NCBI GenBank assembly: GCA_965219455.1
Contig: OZ244744.1
Location: 2,400,001 to 2,464,000 of the forward strand
Source: Candidatus Latescibacterota bacterium
GTDB taxonomy: Bacteria; Latescibacterota; UBA2968; GCA-2709665
Length of the DNA: 64,000 nt
Reading direction: 5' to 3'
Below are positions 51,593-60,097 of the stretch, piece by piece. How positions within the stretch are numbered: the stretch's first letter is position 1; every line of letters begins with the position of its first letter. A program made the position numbers and the translations under genes. The notes below the pieces were generated by a model. The model searched no databases and was not told the DNA's origin. It worked only from the letters and a program-made list of their open reading frames with translations.

Positions 51593-53282
51593 TCTACGCA
51601 AAATGCGTAGATAATTATTCATGCTGCTTGTTTAGTTGTAGGGTGTTGATGGTAAAGGGTCAAAGACAAGGCGAGTATTTTGTGCCCTTCGGGTGTGACG
51701 CGCCACCGTCTGGACCGTGGGATTTTTGCAATAAGGCCGCGGACGTGTAGGCGTTTGAGGCGGCGGCTGGTGGCATTGGCGTGCCGAGTGCGTTGCAGCA
51801 GGGATGCTGGATGTTGGAAGAGGTGTGTTCGGATGTCCTGGTTGCGGAAGCCCATCAGGGCGTGTTCGCCTTTCAACACAGCGGTAAACAGGGCGAGGTC
51901 GGCAGGGTCGGCGGGGTTGAAGCCCCGATAGGTACGTCCCTTGTGCCTGCGTGGCCGCGCCAGTGTGGTGAGGCTTTGATGTCCGGTAGCGGCGTCAGGG
52001 GCTGCGGACAGCGCCTGAAAGTAGCGTTGGTTGGCCGTCAACGAGATTTCCCGATAGCGGTAGAGGTTGGCCACGCCTTTGGCCATGGGATACCAGCCCA
52101 TCACGCGTTGTCCTCGCCGTATGCCCCAGCGGCGGACCTTGAACTGCCTTGGATGGTTGATCACTGTTTCGACGCGTAGTACGCACCCGTGTTTGTCGTA
52201 CATTTTAATCCAGTTCTCGCACATCCGGTGTTTGACTCTTGCGCCTTTGTGGCGTTTGTTTTTGAAGTCCGTGAGGACTTCGCCCTGAAAATTGCCGTGG
52301 AGTTTGCGGCCCAGGAAGGTCAAGATGTCCTGGGGAGAGAAGCACAGCACCGTGTGTCTGAGCAGGTTTTCATACAGCACCTTCAGGGCGTGGGGGCTTT
52401 GGAACATCACGTCGGTGGCGAACTCGGCCTGGTCAACGACCCAGTAGTAGTCCTTGCCCGAAAGCAGGTCGTTGAGCAGGGGGTTGACCTTGCGGGCGAA
52501 CGCCGAGAGAATGCGCGGCCAATTCTTGCCCACAAAACGATCGGCAAAGCGTTGCGCCCGGTCCACATCGGCAATCCATAGAAAAGCGTTGTCTGATTTT
52601 TCATAGGCGATGCCGTGTTGCTCGAGCTTGCGCGCCAAGAACTCGTGGCCATTGAGACAGATCTGCACCACCAGCGGGAACCAGGACTGGATGCGGATAT
52701 GCATCAACCCGAACTCCCGGTCAATCCAGTAAAAGTAGTAGCATAGGCATTTCCGTTGTGCGTTGATCAGGCGAGGCCTTCCTTCCCCTGGAACCAGCTT
52801 GAAACTCTGGCAGCCTTCCAGGGCCCGAAACACACAGACCAGGCCTTGCGTGATCCCATCGTGTTTTGCCAACCGTCGCGCTTCGTCCTCTTTCCTGATG
52901 GTGTTGCGTTGCAGATAGATGAACGGGCGCTCGTGCTTGTTTGCCATCGCCTCCGCGTGGGCTTTGATCGTATCGGAATGCGTCATCACAAAACGCTTGA
53001 AGTCCTTCAACAATAAACCCTGATTGCTGATGAACCGCTCCATCGCAGTTCCAAATCCCAGCGGCAGGTACCCTTTGAACAGAACCCGATCAAAACAGGA
53101 TACCACTCCGGTGATTTTTTCACTACATTGGTCCACGAAGTCTTTCACGGCGTTCCTCCTTCCATTGATGGCGGTGGGTACCACCATCATAGGGGATGAA
53201 CGCCGTTTTGCATACCCTAAAACTATCTGCTCTTGACTACCACCTATTTGGTTGCGGCTGAGCAAAGCGAAGCCGCGTTAGG
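51593..53282 (-). mobile_element. Putative hairpin-bounded, TIR-less mobile element
   Basis: One large ORF; hairpin tctacgca-aaa-tgcgtaga just past the stop; two hairpins upstream (53166-53189, 53254-53276); interrupts a same-strand glycan gene run in the opposite orientation. Ends are inferred. Confidence 0.5.
51619..53148 (-). CDS. Uncharacterised basic ~509-aa protein, putative transposase/replication-initiator-like, with C-terminal winged-HTH-like region
   Basis: GGAGG RBS before GTG 53148; motifs FDRV.FKG, YYFYWIDREFG, LNGHE, QAEFATD, IKMYDK...LRVET, RRLKRLHVRGLI.K.PRSRRWRVT. Confidence 0.7.
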   Translation of the reverse strand: MKDFVDQCSEKITGVVSCFDRVLFKGYLPLGFGTAMERFISNQGLLLKDFKRFVMTHSDTIKAHAEAMANKHERPFIYLQRNTIRKEDEARRLAKHDGITQGLVCVFRALEGCQSFKLVPGEGRPRLINAQRKCLCYYFYWIDREFGLMHIRIQSWFPLVVQICLNGHEFLARKLEQHGIAYEKSDNAFLWIADVDRAQRFADRFVGKNWPRILSAFARKVNPLLNDLLSGKDYYWVVDQAEFATDVMFQSPHALKVLYENLLRHTVLCFSPQDILTFLGRKLHGNFQGEVLTDFKNKRHKGARVKHRMCENWIKMYDKHGCVLRVETVINHPRQFKVRRWGIRRGQRVMGWYPMAKGVANLYRYREISLTANQRYFQALSAAPDAATGHQSLTTLARPRRHKGRTYRGFNPADPADLALFTAVLKGEHALMGFRNQDIRTHLFQHPASLLQRTRHANATSRRLKRLHVRGLIAKIPRSRRWRVTPEGHKILALSLTLYHQHPTTKQAA

Positions 53283-53711
53283 TAACTTGGCCCCAGAAAA
53301 ATCCGATTAGCTGCGAGAAACCACCTAACCGTGCGGGAACTTGCATGGGGGGTCCGGTGATTTCTGATGTTGCCACATACAATTCGGTTGGCAAAGCTAT
53401 CCGAAGCGAATAGTGTTTTGGCCGATTTTCTCGGCAACGTCGACGTTTTTACCAGATTCGCCTTTCTGCGCTTAACAGTTTCGGGCAGGCCGACTCATAT
53501 TGTTGGTGGACGGATACCTCCTAAACGCTATTGACGGCTCCACAGGGCGTACTCACGTTCTGGACTGCAATGTTGCGACTTCAATTGTGTATCGACTTCG
53601 TCGGTTAGCAAGGGGAAACAAATCCACCGCTTGGCATCTGCGTCGTCTCGACGTCCACTTCAGCAAACCTCGGACTGTCGACCCGTGGTGAGATATACAG
53701 GAAAGAAGAGT

Positions 53712-54566
53712 ATGGTTGTCCAACCAGAAATTGTAATCCGATCCGTTGCTAGGCCCAAGATTTCCGTCATAGTTGTAAATGTCAACGTTAGAAATTGGCT
53801 AGAACGGTGTCTGAGATCACTGGTCGAACAGGACATTTTCCATTGTATAGAGGTCGTAGTTGTAGACAATGGCTCTTCTGATGGTTCTTGCGATATGGTG
53901 AAACGGATGTTTCCGTGTTGCAAGCTTGTTCAACTGGAAGAAACCGTCGCCTTCGGTGTGGCAAACAATATCGGCGCGCGATATTGTACGGCGCCCATCC
54001 TGCTCTTCCTTAATCCGGACACCCTAGTCTGCGCGGGCAGCCTAAACGCAATGCTACACCATCTTGAAGAGCACCCCAAATGTGGGGCGGCCGGGGGGAC
54101 GATATTTGACGGCGAGGGTAACATGGAACGTTCCATTGGGTCGTTTCCATCCTTGTTAAGCATGGGATTAGATCGCCTGCTCAGGTACGGGGCTCCAGCC
54201 AGGAAGATACTCGGACAACATTCAAACCAGCACTGGGTGGGTTACGACAAGCCACATACCGTCGACTGGGTTACGGGTGCTTATCTATGGACTCGCAAGG
54301 AATTATTCGAGCGGGTCGGCGGATTTGACAAACACATTTTTATGTATTGTGAGGACGTGGAGCTCTGTTATCGGATCCACCAGCTTGGATTCGAGATTTG
54401 GTTTTTTCCCAAAGCGCCAATCATCCATTACCGAGGGAAGTCCCTCGTTCCGCGCTCTCGAAAAAAAATGTTATTTGAAAGCCTACACTATTTCGCCAAC
54501 AAGCACTACAAGTCTCCAAGATTCTGGCTGACCAGATCTGTGTTTTGGATCGTGTCAAGACTGTAA
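53712..54566 (+). CDS. GT2 glycosyltransferase (WbbL-like)
   Basis: VVDNGSSDGS, FGVANN, LFLNPDT, DWVTGA, GGFD..FMYCEDVELC. Confidence 0.92.
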   Translation: MVVQPEIVIRSVARPKISVIVVNVNVRNWLERCLRSLVEQDIFHCIEVVVVDNGSSDGSCDMVKRMFPCCKLVQLEETVAFGVANNIGARYCTAPILLFLNPDTLVCAGSLNAMLHHLEEHPKCGAAGGTIFDGEGNMERSIGSFPSLLSMGLDRLLRYGAPARKILGQHSNQHWVGYDKPHTVDWVTGAYLWTRKELFERVGGFDKHIFMYCEDVELCYRIHQLGFEIWFFPKAPIIHYRGKSLVPRSRKKMLFESLHYFANKHYKSPRFWLTRSVFWIVSRL

Positions 54567-55196
54567 TGTCCAAAATACGCGAAACGGGGTGCGGGATCAC
54601 CGCCGCACCTGCGGGATTGATCGGATTATTTCGGTATTGTCCCGCACTGGACAATATCTGATACCGCTTGTCTTTCAAGTCCGTAACCCAGTAAATGGAT
54701 ACTTCGTCCAAAGGAGTTCATTCGAAATGTCGGGTGATTAGCGACATTTCGAATGCCGGGAGCAATTACCTGCACACGTTCATAGGTGCGCTGGTTAGAC
54801 GGATGATTGAAAACCGAGACATAAAGAGACGTTGGAACCGATCTATGCACGTGTTGGAAAGGCTGCAAAGACGATAGTCTCTTCGGCGAGATCGATGTCG
54901 TCTCATATTTAACGTAGTGCAAACTAACCCTGAAACACGGAGACTGGTTACAATATTAATCGATCATAGGGACTCACAACGTCATGCGTGCACGTTTCGA
55001 AATCTGCTGTCAAATTCAGTGTTGACAGTACCTGCGGTTTCAGTTTTTTGGTGGGATGCGGCAACCAATGGGATTAGCCTTGATTCGTCAAAAATGGCCA
55101 ATCGACAAGGCAGTCAAACGCTGGAGAAATGGGCATTTCCTCCGTTCACAGCGCTTGAGCTCTGCTTTGAATTTCGCAGGTAAGGAAGACGGTCCA

Positions 55197-57683
55197 TTGA
55201 GGAAGCAACGAGCCCAAAAAACAATCCATCCGCCCCAACGTGCATTTCCACTTCCCGCCGCCATCGCCGCAGTGTTTCTGGGTCTCCACATTCTGCCGCT
55301 CTTCTGGCGGCCCAACCCCATGTGGGGCGTCGACTTCCTCTTCTATATGCCCATGCCGGTTCAGGGCCTTTCTATTCTTCTTTTTGTCCTGCTGTTCATC
55401 CCCGTGTTTCGCCAACGAATCCGCTCGTGTGTGCGCAAACTTCCGATTACACTCTGGGATGGTGACCGACGCGTTTGGGTCTCTCGGACCGTGGTAGTGC
55501 TCGTCGCCCTTGCCGCCTTTGTCGCGCTTTCCTCCGCGCGCCATTTCCTCGGCGATGGTTATCTCCTGCTTCGAAAACTGGAAGCGGATACCTTGCAGGA
55601 TCAGTCCCGGGCGCCGCTCAGCTTCGCCTTGATCCGTGCCATGCATCATGCAGGTCGGGCCTTCTGGGAGACCGCCGAGAACACGTACCGAATCTACAGC
55701 TATGCGTCCGGCGTACTCTATGTCCTGTTCAGCTTTCCGGTCGCCGCCGCCCTCGGAAAAAACAAGCAGGAGAAGTCCGTCGTCCTGGCCGTCCTGCTCA
55801 CGACGGGATACATACAACAATTCTTCGGTTACGTGGAGAATTACGCCCTGTACATTCCGGGCCTTTTACTCTACCTCCTCATGGGCCTGTACACCCTGAG
55901 GAACCGGTTGTCCCTGTACGCCCCCGCGCTCGTCTTGGGCATGCTGCTCGCCCTTCACCAGGCGTTCGCCGTCTTTGGACCGTCCCTTCTCTTCCTCGCG
56001 CACCACGCGTGGCGCCACCGGCAGGATGCCAGCCCATCCTGGAAAAACACCGCCGCCACCGTCGCGGCCCTTTGCTGCGTCCTAGTGAGCACCGCCGTCT
56101 TGCTCGAATTGAGCGGCGTCGGCTTCGAGGAGTACCTGGGTCGGATGGGCGGTAGAAATTTCCTGCCACTATTTGCGGAACCGGGCCTTCAGTCGCAATA
56201 CCGGATATTTTCGCTCGCGCATTTCCTCGACTTTCTGAACCAACAATTGCTTACGGCCCCCGTTGCTTGTATGGCCTGCGTCCTGCTTCGGAAAAGAGAC
56301 CTCCGTCATCAACCCTTCCTCCTCATCGCCGCCGTATTCCCTCTCTTCTTCACGTTCCTCGCGAGACCGGAAATCGGCGTCTTTAGAGACTGGGACATTT
56401 TCTCGCTGCCGGCACTGCCCCTAACGCTGTGGGTAGCCACAGCGCTCATGGCACGCAACCGCGCTCGTGAGGCGCTCTTCCATAGTGCCTTCCTCTTGTG
56501 TGGGGCGGCGGCGTTCCATACACTTTTTTGGATCGGCCTCAACGCCAGTGCCGGGCCGGCCGAAGCCCGATTCGTGCACCTGGTGAACCGGCTCACCGGC
56601 ATTTCCGCCGTAAACGGCTGGCTCACCCTGGGCAAATTCCATCGCAAGCAAAACAACACTGATGCGGCGCTCCACGCTTACAAGCGATCGATCGAAGCCG
56701 ACTCGACAAATGCCAACCGATGGATACTCGTAGGCGCCGTCCACAGGGAAATGGGTCATTCCACCGATGCAATTGAATACTTTAAGGAAGCTGTCAACCT
56801 CCGCCCGGACCTCGCCCTTCCATATATGAACCTTGGCGCCGTATTTAGCGATATCGGCCAGTTCGACAAAGCCATCGAATACACCTCAAGAGCCATCGCG
56901 CTACAACCCGACCTCGTCGCAGCCCATGTGAACCTCGGCACAATCTATCGAAAAACCGGGCAACTCGAGAAAGCCATTAAACAACTGGAAAAAGCCGCCA
57001 TGCTTCGACCGAAAGACGCCACCATCCAGGGACATCTCGGCTCCACCTACCGTGATGCGGGACAGAATGCAAAAGCTATCCACTACCTTGAAAAAGCCAT
57101 TTCATTGCGACCCCGTCACATACACACATTGGTGAACCTCGCCATCGCCTGCAGCGACGCGGGGCAGAACGGCCGCGCTATCGAACTCCTGAAGAAAGCG
57201 GTTGCGCTGGAACCCGGAGTCGCGGCCGTCCACATGAACCTCGGCGCGGTGTACAGCAGAATCGGCCAGCACGACACTGGCATCCAATACCTTTCGAGAG
57301 CCCTTCAACTCCAGCCAGACGATCCAATGACTTATCAGAACCTCGGTTTGATTTACAGAGCGCAGGTCCAGTACTCGCTGGCAATACAAAATTTCGAAAA
57401 AGCACTCGACCTTCAGAAGGGCCGTGCAGACGCTGAGCTCTACCTTCACATCGGCGACACGTACTACAAGATGGGAGTGCGTGAAAAAGCGATCTCATAT
57501 TTTCAAAAAGCCATTCAATTCGATCCCAATCATGCAAACGCACATCTGCTCCTGGGCATGACCTATCGAGCCTTGAATCATGTGGAAGAGGCCAGGCCAC
57601 ATTTCGAAAAAGTGTTGAAACTCGAGTCCAACCATCCTCATGCGGCCCAGATCAGACAATGGCTGGAGCGAAACCGCAGATAG
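55197..57683 (+). CDS. Polytopic membrane protein with C-terminal TPR array (GT-C/TMTC-like architecture)
   Basis: TTG start after AAGGAAG; HFLGDGY, FFGYVENY, RDWDIFS conserved in both paralogs; ~10 TPRs. Confidence 0.8.
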   Translation: MRKQRAQKTIHPPQRAFPLPAAIAAVFLGLHILPLFWRPNPMWGVDFLFYMPMPVQGLSILLFVLLFIPVFRQRIRSCVRKLPITLWDGDRRVWVSRTVVVLVALAAFVALSSARHFLGDGYLLLRKLEADTLQDQSRAPLSFALIRAMHHAGRAFWETAENTYRIYSYASGVLYVLFSFPVAAALGKNKQEKSVVLAVLLTTGYIQQFFGYVENYALYIPGLLLYLLMGLYTLRNRLSLYAPALVLGMLLALHQAFAVFGPSLLFLAHHAWRHRQDASPSWKNTAATVAALCCVLVSTAVLLELSGVGFEEYLGRMGGRNFLPLFAEPGLQSQYRIFSLAHFLDFLNQQLLTAPVACMACVLLRKRDLRHQPFLLIAAVFPLFFTFLARPEIGVFRDWDIFSLPALPLTLWVATALMARNRAREALFHSAFLLCGAAAFHTLFWIGLNASAGPAEARFVHLVNRLTGISAVNGWLTLGKFHRKQNNTDAALHAYKRSIEADSTNANRWILVGAVHREMGHSTDAIEYFKEAVNLRPDLALPYMNLGAVFSDIGQFDKAIEYTSRAIALQPDLVAAHVNLGTIYRKTGQLEKAIKQLEKAAMLRPKDATIQGHLGSTYRDAGQNAKAIHYLEKAISLRPRHIHTLVNLAIACSDAGQNGRAIELLKKAVALEPGVAAVHMNLGAVYSRIGQHDTGIQYLSRALQLQPDDPMTYQNLGLIYRAQVQYSLAIQNFEKALDLQKGRADAELYLHIGDTYYKMGVREKAISYFQKAIQFDPNHANAHLLLGMTYRALNHVEEARPHFEKVLKLESNHPHAAQIRQWLERNRR

Positions 57684-57771
57684 CAACCCGCACATCTACG
57701 TCCTCGGCAGGATGGCCGGCAGACGAGACGACAACATGTACACCTAAGCTCTGTTCACCGTCGATGACATT

Positions 57772-57972
57772 GCTTGAGCTCTGCTTTGAATTTCGCAGGT
57801 AAGGAAGACGGTCCATTGAGGAAGCAACGAGCCCAAAAAACAATCCATCCGCCCCAACGTGCATTTCCACTTCCCGCCGCCATCGCCGCAGTGTTTCTGG
57901 GTCTCCACATTCTGCCGCTCTTCTGGCGGCCCAACCCCATGTGGGGCGTCGACTTCCTCTTCTATATGCCCA
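57772..57972 (+). repeat. 201-bp exact duplication of 55153-55353 (RBS and 5' coding end)
   Basis: gcttgagctctgctttgaatttcgcagg...ttctatatgccca identical in both places by eye. Confidence 0.85.
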
Positions 57973-60094
57973 CGCCGATCCAGTTCTACTTGCCGTCCTG
58001 TTGTTCCTCCCCGGGCTCCGCCGCCAAATCCGCGCCTGGATCGCCGCCCTTCCCTTCGCGCTGTGGGGCCGGGGCCGTCGCGTCTGGGTTTCTCGGACCG
58101 TGGTGGTACTCGTCGCCCTTTCCGCTTTTGTCGCGCTGTCCTCCGCCCGCCATTTCCTCGGCGATGGTTACTATCTCCTGAATGAACTAGCCTCACACAC
58201 CTGGCAGAAATCTAACCGGGCACCGCTCAGCTTTGACCTCATCCGCATATTGCATTACGTAGGCCAGACCTTCTGGGTGAGCCCTGAAGTTTCGTACCGA
58301 ATCTACAGCTACGCCTCAGGCGTGCTTTACGTCCTGCTCGCCTTTCCGGTTGCAGACGCCCTCGGGCGGAACAAACTGGAGAAATCCATCTTCCTGGCAT
58401 TTCTGCTCACGGAGGGATACATTCAGCTATTTTTCGGGTACGTGGAGAATTACCCGCTGTATATGCCGGGTCTCCTTCTCTACATCATTCTCGGCTTGCG
58501 GACCCAGAAAGACAAGCTTCCACTCTTCGTACCGGCGCTCCTGCTAGGCATGTTGTTCGCCCTGCATCGAGCCTTCCTCGTCTTTGGACCGTCTTTTCTC
58601 GTCCTTGCCAATTGCGCTTTTCGCCATCGGCATGGTCGCGTATCAATTTGGAAAAACGCAACGACTACCGCCGTGGCACTGTGCTGCGCTCCTGCAAGTG
58701 CTGCCCTCTTTCTCAGTTTCAGCGGCGTCGGCTTCGAGGCCTACCTGGGCCGGACGGGTGATAACGAATTCCTCCCCTTGTTCGCCGAACCTGGCTTTTG
58801 TGAGCAATACCGCGTCTTCTCGCTCTCACACTTTCTGGACTACTTCAACCAGCAACTGCTCGCCGCTCCTTCGGCGTGCATGGTATTGTTCCTGCTGCGA
58901 GGGAAAGTCCTTCGTCATCAGCCGTTCCTGGCCGTGTGCACTGTTGTCCCGCTTTTCTTCACGTTTTTCGCAAACCCGAAAATTGGCGCATTTCGAGACT
59001 GGGACATTTTCTCCCTGCCGGCGCTACCTCTCACGCTCTGGGTAGCGTCCGCGTTCTTGGAAGGAATACGCAACCGAGAGCATCTGTTTCGCGGCGCCTT
59101 TGTGATATGTGGAGCGGCGGCGATGCACACCTTCCTTTGGATCGGGCTCAATGCCAGTGGGGGCGCATCAGAAGCACGGTACATAAACCATATAGACCGG
59201 TTTAAAGGGAACGCTGGGCGCTCCGGATGGGAAAATCTCGGCGTGAGTTATCGGCTGCAGAACAAGACCAATCTTGCGCTAAAAGCCTACGAGCGCGCAC
59301 TCAATGCCAGTCCGGAAGACGCCAGGCTCTGGACGTTGGTGGGCACTGTTCATCGCGACCTCGGCCAGGTACAACGGGGGATAGATCACCTCAAAAAGGC
59401 GCTGGAGATCCAACCCAATTTCGCCGCAGCCCATAACAATCTGGCCACGGCGTACATCGAGTCCGGCAATTATCGATTAGCCATCATGCACCTCAATAGA
59501 GCCCTTGAAATCCGACCCGAACACGCCACCACGTATGTAAACCTCGGAGTCGCATACATTGACGTCGGACAGACCGCCAACGCCATTGAGGCCCTCGAAA
59601 AAGCTGTCTCGCTCCAACCCGACGACGCCACCGCTTATGGCAATCTCGGGGCCGCATACTGCGACATCCGGCAATTCGACAACGCCATGGATTGCCTGAA
59701 AAAAGCCCTTGAAATCCGACCGGATTTCGCATTAGCTCATGCAAACCTCGGGTACGTCTACAGAGTCCGGGGTCAGTACCCGCAGGCGATTGCACATCTC
59801 ATGAGAGCCCTTGGGCTACATGGACAACGGGCAGACGTTGAGATTTACCTTAACATCGGCGACACGTACTACAAGATGGGAGAGCGCGAAAAAGCGATCT
59901 CATATTTTCAAAAAGCCATTCAATTCGATCCCAATCATGCAAACGCACATCTGCTCCTGGGCATGACCTATCGAGCCTTGAATCGCGGCGACCAAGCCAG
60001 GGTTCATTTCGAGAAAACATTGGAACTCGAACCCAAACATCCACAGGCGGCCCAGATCAGACAATGGCTCGTGAGAGCCGGCGAAGGAAAGTAA
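57816..60094 (+). pseudogene. Frameshifted paralog of the membrane-TPR protein
   Basis: N-terminus in ORF 57774 frame (to MPTPIQ), remainder in ORF 57941 frame (VLLAVLLFLP...); ~10 nt missing near 57983 relative to the paralog's cag ggc ctt tct att. Confidence 0.72.
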
Positions 60095-60097
60095 CTG

